Positions 39,016 to 49,308 are shown, numbered from the stretch's first letter. The stretch is 64,000 bases of DNA from Hydrogenophilales bacterium (GCA_902601765.1 CACKOO010000001.1:807-64806), one strand, 5' to 3'. The notes: generated by a model not told the origin, from the letters alone. Translations and numbers: made by a program.

Positions 39016-39711
39016 ATGGTTTTTTGTCCGATTAGTGTGTCCGCATTTGCATTTGATTTAGATGGAACTTTGGTGGATAGCCTCCCGGATTTGGCTAGTG
39101 CCTCAAATCGAATGTTATCTCGGCTAAACCGACCATCGGTATCAGAAGATAGAGTTAGGAGCTACGTTGGTAAAGGAATAGATGTTCTAGTACATAAACT
39201 GATGGGGGAATTTCCACCGAAATTAAGCAGTCCCAAAGAAATTTTATTTAAGGCTCGAGTGATTTTTAGAGAAGAATACGAGAATGGTATTACGACACAT
39301 TCACGCATTTTCCCTGGGGTAGTCGATACATTGCTAAAATTGAAGAAGAAGAATATTCCTTTAGCATGCGTTACAAATAAACCAGAGAGACATACCGAAA
39401 TAGTCTTAAAAAATTTGGAATTGAAGCAGTATTTTGATTTAGTGATCTCTGGTGATACTTGTAGCAGGATGAAGCCCGACCCTTTACCCTTAGAATATTT
39501 GGGAAGAGTTTTCGGGGTAAGCCTAAAGAAAGTTTTGATGATTGGTGATTCAAAGGTAGATATAGAGGCGGCCCGGAATGCGGGTTCTCCGGTGTTTTGT
39601 GTGTCTTATGGTTATCATGGTGCGGTTTCTTTAGATAGCTTGGGGGCGGATATGGTTATTGAATCTGTCCGTGATATATTTCCTCTTGTTAATTTCGATG
39701 TTAAGTCATGA
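39016..39711 (+). CDS. gph: Phosphoglycolate phosphatase
   Basis: HAD motifs FDLDGTLVDS, VTNK, KPDP and GDS..D; lies between rpe and trpE. Confidence 0.92.
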   Translation: MVFCPISVSAFAFDLDGTLVDSLPDLASASNRMLSRLNRPSVSEDRVRSYVGKGIDVLVHKLMGEFPPKLSSPKEILFKARVIFREEYENGITTHSRIFPGVVDTLLKLKKKNIPLACVTNKPERHTEIVLKNLELKQYFDLVISGDTCSRMKPDPLPLEYLGRVFGVSLKKVLMIGDSKVDIEAARNAGSPVFCVSYGYHGAVSLDSLGADMVIESVRDIFPLVNFDVKS

Positions 39712-39795
39712 ATCAAGGCTCGCCCTCAGGCACTAGCCAAATTGCAACTAATATTCTTTAAATCATTAAGTACCGATTATGATGAGTAATTTCAA

Positions 39796-41271
39796 ATGAT
39801 AGAAAAAGATTTTCGAAATCTTGGTAAGCAAGGGTTTAACAGAGTTCCCCTCGTTCTAGAAATGTTCGCTGATCTTGATACTCCGCTATCTGTTTATCTG
39901 AAAACCGCGAATTTACCATATACATATTTACTTGAATCCGTTCATGATGGAGAGCGTTTTGGCCGCTACTCCTATATCGGCTTATCAGCTAAAACAAGGT
40001 TTCACGTATATGGCCACACTTGTCAGGAAATTAGGGAAAACTTAGTTGTTTGGGAGGGTGAGTTTGAAAATCCATTGGATTGGGTCAAAGAAATACAAAA
40101 AAGATACAATGCAAAACTCCCGGAAAATATGCCAAGATTTTTAGGTGGTCTTGTTGGTTATTTTGGTTATGAGACTATTCAATTCATTGAAAAACGATTA
40201 AAAAAAGAGCCCAAGCCAGACGTTTTAGGTACCCCTGACATACTGCTCCTGCTGTCAGAGGAATTGATAGTGGTTGACAATCTTTCCGGTAAACTATTCA
40301 TAGTAGTTTATGCAAATCCAAAAAATGAAAGTTCTTGGGGTGTGGCCCAGGGTAGGTTATCCGAAATTAACGGTATGTTAGCTGAGCCGGTTCGAGCCCC
40401 TGCAGAGAATCCGAAAAAACTTGCGCCTATTCAGACAGAGTTTATTAAGTCTCAATTTATAGCGGCAGTGGATAAAGCAAAAGATTATATAACCGAGGGA
40501 GATATTATGCAGGTAGTACTTTCTCAAAGGATGCATGTGGCGTTTGAGGCCGAACCCCTAACGCTTTATCGATCTCTTCGAGCCCTTAACCCATCACCGT
40601 ATATGTTTTTTTTCAACTTTGATGATTTCCAAGTAGTCGGATCCTCGCCAGAAATATTGGTGAAGTTAGAAGATGGTTTAGTTACTCTGCGCCCTATAGC
40701 TGGCACTAGGCCCAGAGGCCTGACTGAAGAGGAGGATGTTGCTTTTGAGACCGAACTTTTATCTGATCCAAAAGAGCTGGCGGAGCATCTAATGCTACTT
40801 GATTTAGGCAGAAACGATGTGGGGAGAGTTTCAAAAATTGGCACGGTTGAATTAACCGATAAAATGATTATCGAAAAATATTCCCACGTCATGCACATCG
40901 TGTCGAATGTTCAAGGAGAGCTATCCAACGGACTGGACGCCATGGAGGTTTTGAAAGCTTCATTTCCTGCAGGCACAGTCTCAGGCGCTCCAAAAGTTAG
41001 GGCAATGGAGATTATCAATGAATTAGAACCCAGCAAGAGGGGAGTTTATTCCGGTGCGGTTGGTTATGTAGGTTTTGGTGGGGATATGGATGTTGCGATT
41101 GCAATTCGGACAGCTGTTATCAAAGATCAAAAACTATTTGTTCAGGCAGGAGCTGGTATAGTCGCCGACTCGGTTCCGGATTCGGAGTGGGTAGAGACAC
41201 ATAACAAAGCCAAAGCAATACTCAAGGCGGCCGAGATTGCGAGCTCCGGTGTAAACAATCCAAAACCTTGA
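39796..41271 (+). CDS. trpE: Anthranilate synthase component I
   Basis: Motifs LLES, NPSPYM, SSPEIL, RPIAGTRPRG, EHLMLLDLGRND and FPAGTVSGAPK. Confidence 0.97.
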   Translation: MIEKDFRNLGKQGFNRVPLVLEMFADLDTPLSVYLKTANLPYTYLLESVHDGERFGRYSYIGLSAKTRFHVYGHTCQEIRENLVVWEGEFENPLDWVKEIQKRYNAKLPENMPRFLGGLVGYFGYETIQFIEKRLKKEPKPDVLGTPDILLLLSEELIVVDNLSGKLFIVVYANPKNESSWGVAQGRLSEINGMLAEPVRAPAENPKKLAPIQTEFIKSQFIAAVDKAKDYITEGDIMQVVLSQRMHVAFEAEPLTLYRSLRALNPSPYMFFFNFDDFQVVGSSPEILVKLEDGLVTLRPIAGTRPRGLTEEEDVAFETELLSDPKELAEHLMLLDLGRNDVGRVSKIGTVELTDKMIIEKYSHVMHIVSNVQGELSNGLDAMEVLKASFPAGTVSGAPKVRAMEIINELEPSKRGVYSGAVGYVGFGGDMDVAIAIRTAVIKDQKLFVQAGAGIVADSVPDSEWVETHNKAKAILKAAEIASSGVNNPKP

Positions 41272-41290
41272 GCTGGGTTAAGGAATATTT

Positions 41291-41854
41291 ATGATTTTAG
41301 TGATAGATAATTACGATTCTTTTACCTACAATTTGGTTCAGTATATAGGGGAACTTGGTTTTGAAGTTAGAGTTCACAGAAACGATGAAATCACGGTAGA
41401 TGAAGCCCTAAAGACAAAGCCGAGTCACCTTGTAATTTCGCCAGGCCCTTGTACTCCAATCAAAGCAGGCATATCGGTTGATTTGATTAGGACAGCTGCC
41501 GATAATATGCCGATTTTAGGTGTATGCTTAGGGCACCAAAGCATTGGTTATGCTTACGGTGCTGAAATTGTGAAAGCGCGACTGCCTGTCCATGGTAAAA
41601 CTTCTCGGATAATGCACGATAAAAGAGGAATCTTTCAAGGACTACCGCAATCATTCGCGGCTACGCGCTATCACTCACTTGTAATTCAGGAGGAGTCTTT
41701 ACCCGACTGTTTGGAAGTAACGGCAAAAACTGATGATGGCGTAATAATGGCAGTGAGCCATAAAACCTTGCGGGTAGAGGGAGTTCAGTTTCATCCCGAA
41801 TCGATATTGAGTGAGCATGGACATGATTTGCTGAAAAATTTTTTAAGGAGTTAG
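41291..41854 (+). CDS. trpG: Anthranilate synthase component II (glutamine amidotransferase)
   Basis: Motifs [26 protein letters not shown] and QFHPES. Confidence 0.95.
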   Translation: MILVIDNYDSFTYNLVQYIGELGFEVRVHRNDEITVDEALKTKPSHLVISPGPCTPIKAGISVDLIRTAADNMPILGVCLGHQSIGYAYGAEIVKARLPVHGKTSRIMHDKRGIFQGLPQSFAATRYHSLVIQEESLPDCLEVTAKTDDGVIMAVSHKTLRVEGVQFHPESILSEHGHDLLKNFLRS

Positions 41855-41859
41855 TTAAT

Positions 41860-42891
41860 ATGACACCGCAAGAAGCATTAGAAAAGATATCAGATGGAAT
41901 CGATTTGTCATCTCAAGAAATGTTGGATGTGATGAGACAAATAATGAAAGGTGAAGTAACTAGCTTGATGATTGCCGCTTTGATATCTAGTTTGAAAACT
42001 AAGAGGGAAAGTGTGGATGAAATAGCCGCAGCTGCTACGGTTATGCGAGATTTCGCCTCAAGTGTGAAAGTTGGAGTTAATACTAATTTATTGGATACTT
42101 GTGGTACCGGTGGAGATGGGTCAAGTACTTTTAACATATCTACTTTATCTGCTTTTGTCGCAGCGTCGGCCGGGGTAAAAGTAGCTAAACACGGAGGAAG
42201 GTCCGTATCCAGTACGTGCGGCAGTGCTGATATATTAGAAGCATTGGGTGCAAACCTTAAGCTTGGTCCAGACCAAGTTGCTCATTGCGTAGACAGGGTG
42301 GGCATAGGTTTCATGTTTGCGCCTAATCATCATTCTGCTATGCGGTACGCGGCACCGGTTAGAAAAGAGCTTGGTATGCGTACTATGTTCAACATTCTAG
42401 GACCTCTTACGAATCCAGCACATGCTAAAAATCAATTGTTAGGAGTGTATCGTAAAGATTTGGTCGCAGTTTTAGCTCGTGTTTTAAAAGAATTAGGTAG
42501 CAAGAGAGCTTTGGTAGTGCACGGCAGTGACGGAATTGACGAAATTTCTATTGCCGGTCCGTCGTATGTGGCTGAGCTGTCATCTGGCGATATTAAAGAA
42601 TACACCATAGATCCTGAACAATTTGGATTAGAGAGGGGAAATATGGAACTTTTAAAAGCTGATTCTGTTAAGGCTTCGAAAGATATTTTTCAGTCGGTAG
42701 TTTCGGGTAAAGGTGGTGTTCCGACGGATATTGTGAGTTTGAATGCAGGCGCAGGAATTTATGTTTCTGGTTTAGCTTCTAGTATTGGGGAGGGTATTAA
42801 AAAAGCCAGGGAAGTCATTGAAACTGGATTAGTTCGTAAAAAAATAGACGAATTTATAAGGGTTACTAAGCAATTTAGTATTCCAGAGTGA
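41860..42891 (+). CDS. trpD: Anthranilate phosphoribosyltransferase
   Basis: Motifs DTCGTGGDG, NIST, KHGGRSVSS..GSAD and FNILGPLTNP. Confidence 0.97.
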   Translation: MTPQEALEKISDGIDLSSQEMLDVMRQIMKGEVTSLMIAALISSLKTKRESVDEIAAAATVMRDFASSVKVGVNTNLLDTCGTGGDGSSTFNISTLSAFVAASAGVKVAKHGGRSVSSTCGSADILEALGANLKLGPDQVAHCVDRVGIGFMFAPNHHSAMRYAAPVRKELGMRTMFNILGPLTNPAHAKNQLLGVYRKDLVAVLARVLKELGSKRALVVHGSDGIDEISIAGPSYVAELSSGDIKEYTIDPEQFGLERGNMELLKADSVKASKDIFQSVVSGKGGVPTDIVSLNAGAGIYVSGLASSIGEGIKKAREVIETGLVRKKIDEFIRVTKQFSIPE

Positions 42892-42895
42892 GAAC

Positions 42896-43690
42896 ATGAT
42901 TACCGATATTTTACAAAAAATTCTACTGGAGAAAAAACGAGAAGTAGAACACTGTTCGAATCAAAAATCGGTTAGTGAGATCAAGCGCAGCTTGAAAGAT
43001 GTTGAGCCTCCGCGAGATTTTCTAGCAGCTATTAATAAAAAAATTGCAAACGATAAATCAGCAGTAATAGCTGAAATAAAAAAAGCAAGTCCTAGCAAGG
43101 GTTTAATTAGAAAAAACTTTAACCCAGGTGCTATTGCAAAATCATACGAAGCGCATGGTGCTGCCTGTATATCAATTCTTACAGATAAATCATTTTTTCA
43201 GGGAAGCTTAAAAGATCTAATGTTAGCGAGAGCGGCTACCCGTGTCCCTATAATACGAAAAGATTTTATTGTTGACAGCTACCAAATAGCTGAGGCAAGG
43301 TTGGCTGGCGCTGATTGTATTTTATTGATCGCGGCTGCACTAGAAAAAAATCAGATGAAGGAGTTTGAAGAAGAAGCAATTAGCTACGGAATGTCTGTGT
43401 TAGTAGAGGTCCACAATATGCTTGAACTTGAGCAGGCCCTCAATCTAAAAACGCCACTAATAGGAATAAATAATCGTAATCTGAGAACATTTGAGACTGA
43501 CATACAAGTAACGCTCAACATGGTAAAAGATATACCAAGTAACAAAATAATAATCACAGAGAGCGGAATTCACAGCAAGTCTGATGTCGAAAAACTTACT
43601 CGTGCAGGAGTTAGGGGTTTTCTGGTAGGTGAAGCGTTCATGCGTGAGGCCGATCCTGGACTTGCGTTGGCCCAGATTTTCGATTTCTAG
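42896..43690 (+). CDS. trpC: Indole-3-glycerol phosphate synthase
   Basis: Motifs IAEIKKASPSKG, RKDF, LVEVH, GINNRNL and ESGI. Confidence 0.97.
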   Translation: MITDILQKILLEKKREVEHCSNQKSVSEIKRSLKDVEPPRDFLAAINKKIANDKSAVIAEIKKASPSKGLIRKNFNPGAIAKSYEAHGAACISILTDKSFFQGSLKDLMLARAATRVPIIRKDFIVDSYQIAEARLAGADCILLIAAALEKNQMKEFEEEAISYGMSVLVEVHNMLELEQALNLKTPLIGINNRNLRTFETDIQVTLNMVKDIPSNKIIITESGIHSKSDVEKLTRAGVRGFLVGEAFMREADPGLALAQIFDF

Positions 43691-43875
43691 CAATTTCAAG
43701 CTGTTTTTGTTGTAAAATAGCGACAAAATCGAATAGTGTTGCCAAATTTGCAACTTATTTCTTGCATTTTTTACAGGAAAGTTAACAATACAGGTTCCAG
43801 CTTGATTTTTACGTACATTGATCTTGTTGGGCAATATTATTGTTTATAAAGAAATACACTCTAAGGGAGTTTTTC

Positions 43876-44979
43876 ATGAAAAAAAGTCTAATAGCGGTAG
43901 CTATTGCGGGTATATTTGCTGTGCCCACAGCTATAGCAGCCGAAGTTAACGGTGGTATCGCAGCTGGTATCGACCGTTCGAAAGTATCGGGAAGCGCTAC
44001 ATCATCAGATAACGTGTCAGCTACCAGAATCAGTAGCGGCTACACAAATATGTCGATATCTCACAGCGAGGAGTTCGATAATGGGATGAGTGGTGATCTA
44101 TTCATACAGCTACACCTTCCAATTACTACAGCTGGAGCCGGTAGTAGTATTAACAACCGTAATTCCTACGTTGGCATTTCTGGTGATTTTGGATCGATCC
44201 GTTTAGGAACTAACGAGAATGCCTATGAGCGTATGTTATATTCTCATAGCTCGCAGGATGGTGATTGGTCCTACGGTACTATTTCCATAATGGGTGTAGC
44301 GCCAGCAGGTGCAGGAAATGACGCCGGATTGACAAGTCATATTTGGCATCGTACCGACAATACCCTCATGTACTTTGGCCCAGATGGCCCTTTACAAATC
44401 GAAATGGATTATGTGTTCGGCGGATCAGGGACCACTGCAACGCGTACACCAAGTCTTTTATCTTTGGCTATAGAATATGACATGGGTGGTATAGGTCTAT
44501 TTGCTGGCTACCAAGTAGCTACAGATTGGGCTGGAAACGGTGCTACTCCGACCGCGGCGCGTGATGATACAGCTTTATTGTTTGGTGCCGAGTTCACAAT
44601 GGGTGATTTAGCAGCGAACATCGGTATTGAGAACATGGAGTGGAAAGACACTACTAATAATGTTAGCACCGAGCGTAGCGCATTTATGATAAACGCAAAA
44701 TACCCAGTAGCTAGCGGCACAGTAGGTGTCACCTACACCAGCGCTGATGACTCAGAAGAGTCTAACGCCGGAACCAACACCACTACAAATGACGGTGCAA
44801 CGGGCTTATACATTGGTTACTATCATCCAATGGGTGAGAGCACCACTCTGTGGGCAATGTACGGCAAGATTAAGAATGACGCAGCCGGTAATTACCGATT
44901 TGCCACGTGGAATGCTGGTCCAGGAACCGCGGGTCAAGACTATACTAACTACGTATTTGGTATTAAGCACGTATTCTAA
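43876..44979 (+). CDS. Major outer-membrane porin (Gram-negative classical porin family)
   Basis: Signal MKKSLIAVAIAG, NRNSYVGISGDFGSIRLG, R.DNTLMY, amphipathic strands and C-terminal GIKHVF. Strong SD (AAGGGAG) before ATG 43876. Confidence 0.9.
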   Translation: MKKSLIAVAIAGIFAVPTAIAAEVNGGIAAGIDRSKVSGSATSSDNVSATRISSGYTNMSISHSEEFDNGMSGDLFIQLHLPITTAGAGSSINNRNSYVGISGDFGSIRLGTNENAYERMLYSHSSQDGDWSYGTISIMGVAPAGAGNDAGLTSHIWHRTDNTLMYFGPDGPLQIEMDYVFGGSGTTATRTPSLLSLAIEYDMGGIGLFAGYQVATDWAGNGATPTAARDDTALLFGAEFTMGDLAANIGIENMEWKDTTNNVSTERSAFMINAKYPVASGTVGVTYTSADDSEESNAGTNTTTNDGATGLYIGYYHPMGESTTLWAMYGKIKNDAAGNYRFATWNAGPGTAGQDYTNYVFGIKHVF

Positions 44980-44998
44980 GAAATTAGAATTTCGTTTT

Positions 44999-45030
44999 GA
45001 AAAAAGGGCGTAAGCATACGTCCTTTTTTC
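44999..45030 (+). terminator. Rho-independent terminator after the porin (potentially bidirectional)
   Basis: GAAAAAAGGGCGTA-AGCA-TACGTCCTTTTTTC hairpin with one G-U pair, 19 nt after the stop. Confidence 0.85.
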
Positions 45031-45118
45031 GTTTAGTTTCCCCGTGAACATGGAGTGGGTTAGAATTACATCCTTACAAAGGGTCCCCATCAAATTTCGT
45101 ACAACTCACTGGTAAACT

Positions 45119-45715
45119 ATGAAAATGAAAGAATCAAATATTTGGCAAAGTAAAAGATCCCTATATTTTTGCTTACTGGTGTTTCTACTCTCTGGGTGTT
45201 CAGTACGAAACCATGAATTTCAGCTTAAACAATGGGATGATGTAAAGCTGGCCGATCGACCAACAAAGAGTAAACCCATTCAGGTAAATTTGATACTTCC
45301 CCAAACACTAACTCTCTCTGGTTTTGACGGTAACTCTGAGGAAATAAAACAATTTTCTCCCTTAGTTCGCCAATTATTAGTTGATATGGAACCGGGAATA
45401 GAATTTCTAGTAACAGGAATGAAGAACGTTGTAATCGATAAGAAAAAAATTCCCGATATGGATATTCGGATTGAACTAAAACGGATCGAGATTATCAAAA
45501 GGGAATCGAAATTAAATAAGCCCATTGAACTAGAGTTAGATTTCGAGATCTTTAATTACCATGACCAACTTGGTTTTAACTATCATTTTTCCCGAAGTGT
45601 ACACAGTAATGGCGAACTTCCGATTAATTTTATTGATAATTTATGGTCAGTCACTTTGAATAACGCAATTACTCGAGTTATTTCTGGATCGAGCACAATC
45701 GGAGTTACAGACTAA
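45119..45715 (+). CDS. Hypothetical lipoprotein
   Basis: Basic N-terminus, hydrophobic stretch and lipobox LSGC; alpha/beta pattern; no family recognised with confidence. Confidence 0.75.
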   Translation: MKMKESNIWQSKRSLYFCLLVFLLSGCSVRNHEFQLKQWDDVKLADRPTKSKPIQVNLILPQTLTLSGFDGNSEEIKQFSPLVRQLLVDMEPGIEFLVTGMKNVVIDKKKIPDMDIRIELKRIEIIKRESKLNKPIELELDFEIFNYHDQLGFNYHFSRSVHSNGELPINFIDNLWSVTLNNAITRVISGSSTIGVTD

Positions 45716-45719
45716 CTCC

Positions 45720-46469
45720 ATGAGTTCTAGCCCGTCGAAAATTAGCGTTGACACTAATAAGAAACTTTTTCGGTCTTCGGCTGACATTATGAAATTAGTC
45801 AGAATGGCACAAAAATCGGGAGACGTCCTAGTGGATGTAGCACACGACGGCCGAGTAACCGTGCGATCAGTAGGGGAGGCGGTTAACCTCGCCTTAAAGA
45901 AGAAATTATCGGGACGTTTCTTCATCATTCTTTTGGTATTTTTGGCATTTTTCTTAGGAATACTAACTGGACTCATCTTTAATAGAGTAATTTTCTACGA
46001 TTCATATGTCTTGGAGGACAAAAAAGTATATTCAAAGTCGGTGGATGACAGTGATCTTGTATATTTTTCCGATTATGAAACTGACACGTTGGTAAACCCG
46101 TCGAATGTGGCATCAGAGGAACTTCAATTAGGTGAGGATTTCTTTAAAAAGGGAGAATTCGAAATGGCCTATAAAAGCTGGAAAAGAGAACTTCTCCAGT
46201 TACCGGAAGAGACAAAGGTTATTGTAACCGGAGTTTATTCTTCGGAGGCTATGGCTTTTAAAGTATATAAAAGTCTTGCCAAAGATTTCCGTCCTATTTT
46301 AATCAAAAGGACAAATAACAGCGCCGTACAGATTTTAATTTTAGTGCCTCATCTGGAAGCGTCAGGATTTGAGACAACTCGACGACAGTTATCGACCCGT
46401 TTATCTATTACATTACCAAAATGGAACAGCGCTAAAACCCTGAAAAAAAGACTCGAGACTAAAAATTAA
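45720..46469 (+). CDS. Hypothetical single-pass membrane protein with a periplasmic domain
   Basis: About 65-aa N-terminus ending KKKLSGR, TM FFIILLVFLAFFLGILTGLIF, acidic linker and alpha/beta C-terminus. Starts 4 nt after the lipoprotein stop. Confidence 0.75.
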   Translation: MSSSPSKISVDTNKKLFRSSADIMKLVRMAQKSGDVLVDVAHDGRVTVRSVGEAVNLALKKKLSGRFFIILLVFLAFFLGILTGLIFNRVIFYDSYVLEDKKVYSKSVDDSDLVYFSDYETDTLVNPSNVASEELQLGEDFFKKGEFEMAYKSWKRELLQLPEETKVIVTGVYSSEAMAFKVYKSLAKDFRPILIKRTNNSAVQILILVPHLEASGFETTRRQLSTRLSITLPKWNSAKTLKKRLETKN

Positions 46470-46488
46470 GTATATTTCAAAAAAATTT

Positions 46489-49308
46489 CTATAGATCTTG
46501 AGGTGTTTCTATTAGGCGAATCTGCGATATAATTTTTCTTAATTTCACTTCTTGGGCTGCTAAACGGTTTTTTTCTTTTTCGACGATACCGGCAGGTGCT
46601 TTTTTAATAAAGTTAACGTTGGAAATTTTATCTTTCAATTTATGGATATCATCCTGTAGATTTTTCAATTCTTTGTCTAATCTCTTCTTTTCTTTTTCGA
46701 CATCTATAATTACTTCTAACATTATTCTAAAATCACCCAAAATCATTGCCGGTGATTTCTGTGAATCTTGAGCCGTGCGATTTTGTGTAATGACGTCTTT
46801 CACTTTAGCAAGGTGAATTAAATGTGGTCTCCATTGATTAATAGTGTCAATGTTGCCCTCTACACGTAACGGGACTCTTTCGTTTGCACTAATATTCATT
46901 TCAACTTTAAGTTTTCGGGCTCCTATAACCACGTTTTTAAGTAAGTTAATTGAAGAATCTGCAGAATAATCAACTTTAGATTCGTCAAATATTGGATATT
47001 CAGAAATCATTACACTTTCACCACCGCGATTAATTATAGGAGCTACCTTTTGCCACAACTCTTCCGTAATAAATGGAATAATTGGATGAGCAAGCCTTAA
47101 AGTCGTTTCTAATACTTCCAAAAGAGTTGTTAGAGTGCCCATCTGTTCGGATGCAGATCCAGACTGAAGTTGAGTTTTTGCAATTTCCAAATACCAGTCG
47201 CAGTATTCATCCCAGACAAAGCGATAAATCTCCCCTGAAACAATATCAAACCGAAAGTCCTTATATGCCTTTTCAACCTCATGGATGGTAGAGTTGAGTT
47301 TACTAACTATCCACCGGTCGGCAACTGAGAATTCCATGGGTTTGTTCGCTAGCGATTTATTTTTAGCAGGTCTTTGGAAATTATATTCAGGGTTATTACA
47401 TTGCATTAATACGAAGCGACTAGCATTCCAGAGCTTATTACAAAAATTACGATAACCATCACACCGATTGAGGTCGAAATTGAGTGTTCTAGAGAATGTT
47501 GCGAGCGAAGCGAAAGTGAATCGAAGGGCATCGGCTCCATATGCTTTAATCCCATTCGGATAATTCTTTTGGAGGTACTGGTTTATTGTTTGTTTATGAC
47601 CAGTTTTGAGTAATCCTTTGGTGGATTTTTCTAATAGTGATTCAAATTCTATCCCATCAATTAAGTCTATCGGATCGACAGTATTGCCTTTCGATTTCGA
47701 CATTTTTTTTCCGTCAGAATCTCGAACTAAAGCGTTAATATAGACTTTTTTAAAAGGAACAGTGTTGGTAAATTCTAGTGACATCATAATCATTCGGGCT
47801 ACCCAAAAGAAAATAATATCAAACCCTGTAATTAAAATATTTGAAGGTAGAAAGAGATTCATATCTCTTGTATTTTTTGGCCATCCTAATGAGCTAAAAG
47901 GTACAAGCGCAGAAGAAAACCATGTATCCAGAACATCACAATCCCTTGTCAGCAATCCGGAGCTCGGTTTTAATTTGGCTTGCTCATAAGCTTGCGATTC
48001 ATTTCGCGCAACAAAAACATTCCCTTTTTTATCGTACCAAGCCGGGATTTGATGACCCCACCAAAGTTGCCTAGATATACACCAGTCTTTAATGTTATCC
48101 AACCAATGGAAGTATGTGTTTGACCAATTACTTGGTACAAATTCCACTTCATTTCTTTCAACAGCTAATCGAGCCTTTGAAGCCATCGAATCCATCTTGA
48201 CAAACCATTGGTCTGTTAACATAGGTTCAACAATCGCCCCGGTCCGGCCTGACCTCGGAATTTTTAGTATATGTTCTTTTTCAGAAACTAATAGTCTTTC
48301 GTCGTTTAGAATCTCAAGCACTTTATCCCGTGCTTTAAATCGGTCCATTCCTTGTAAAATTTCCGGGCAATTTTTATTTGTCCTTCCATCTAATGTGAAA
48401 ATATTAATCATGTCCAGCTTATGCCTGACACCCATTTCGTAATCATTAAAGTCATGGGCTGGCGTAATTTTGACGCAGCCTGTTCCGAAAAGCGGATCAA
48501 CATATTCATCTGCTATAATAGGCACTACCCGTTTGGTTATCGGCAATATAATTTTGCCTCCTATATACTTTTTGTATCGATCATCTTCAGGAGATACCGC
48601 TACAGCTGTATCTCCTAGTAATGTTTCGGGTCTAGTGGTTGCTACATTTAATGTTTCGTTTGAATTAAATATTTGATATTTAATTTCCCAAATTTTCCCC
48701 TTTTCTTCTTCACTTTCTACTTCAAGGTCAGAAACTGCAGTTTGTAAAGTAGGATCCCAATTTACTAATCGTTTTCCTTTGTAAATCAATCCTTTTTTAT
48801 AGAGTTGAATAAAAACCTCAACCACAGATTCTGACATTTTCTTATCCATGGTGAAATAACCGGCATTAGATTTTTCAGTGTCAGCATAATTCCAGTTGGC
48901 AGATGCCCCGAGCCGCCGCATTTGTTGGGTAATAGATAATCCCGATTTTTTTTTCCATTCCCACACTTTGTCTAAAAAATTCTCTCTACCCATTAATTTC
49001 TTATTTTTTCCTTCGGCTTCAATTTGACGTTCCACAACAATTTGAGTGGCAATCCCCGCATGGTCGGTTCCAACAATCCAATTAGTATTAAAGCCTTTCA
49101 TACGATGATAACGAATTAAAATATCCATAAGTGTTTGTTGGAACGCGTGACCCATATGCAACGTTCCAGTGACATTCGGCGGAGGCAGTTGAATACAAAA
49201 ACTTGGTTTTGTGGTTTCAATATCTGAAGAGAAATAACCATTTTTTTCCCAGATTTCATACCATTTTTTTTCTAAAGTTTCAGGGTCAAAGCTTTTGTTG
49301 AGTTTCAT
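46489..49308 (-). CDS. valS: Valine--tRNA ligase
   Basis: Motifs PPPNVTGTLHMGH, DHAGIATQ, ATTRPET, WCISRQLWWGH, KMSKS and a C-terminal coiled coil. Confidence 0.98.
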   Translation of the reverse strand: MKLNKSFDPETLEKKWYEIWEKNGYFSSDIETTKPSFCIQLPPPNVTGTLHMGHAFQQTLMDILIRYHRMKGFNTNWIVGTDHAGIATQIVVERQIEAEGKNKKLMGRENFLDKVWEWKKKSGLSITQQMRRLGASANWNYADTEKSNAGYFTMDKKMSESVVEVFIQLYKKGLIYKGKRLVNWDPTLQTAVSDLEVESEEEKGKIWEIKYQIFNSNETLNVATTRPETLLGDTAVAVSPEDDRYKKYIGGKIILPITKRVVPIIADEYVDPLFGTGCVKITPAHDFNDYEMGVRHKLDMINIFTLDGRTNKNCPEILQGMDRFKARDKVLEILNDERLLVSEKEHILKIPRSGRTGAIVEPMLTDQWFVKMDSMASKARLAVERNEVEFVPSNWSNTYFHWLDNIKDWCISRQLWWGHQIPAWYDKKGNVFVARNESQAYEQAKLKPSSGLLTRDCDVLDTWFSSALVPFSSLGWPKNTRDMNLFLPSNILITGFDIIFFWVARMIMMSLEFTNTVPFKKVYINALVRDSDGKKMSKSKGNTVDPIDLIDGIEFESLLEKSTKGLLKTGHKQTINQYLQKNYPNGIKAYGADALRFTFASLATFSRTLNFDLNRCDGYRNFCNKLWNASRFVLMQCNNPEYNFQRPAKNKSLANKPMEFSVADRWIVSKLNSTIHEVEKAYKDFRFDIVSGEIYRFVWDEYCDWYLEIAKTQLQSGSASEQMGTLTTLLEVLETTLRLAHPIIPFITEELWQKVAPIINRGGESVMISEYPIFDESKVDYSADSSINLLKNVVIGARKLKVEMNISANERVPLRVEGNIDTINQWRPHLIHLAKVKDVITQNRTAQDSQKSPAMILGDFRIMLEVIIDVEKEKKRLDKELKNLQDDIHKLKDKISNVNFIKKAPAGIVEKEKNRLAAQEVKLRKIISQIRLIETPQDL

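Noticed and set aside
39708-39795. trpE leader peptide / attenuator
   Set aside because: The short ORF overlapping the gph stop (MNQGSPSGTSQIATNIL) has no Trp codons, and no terminator hairpin is present.
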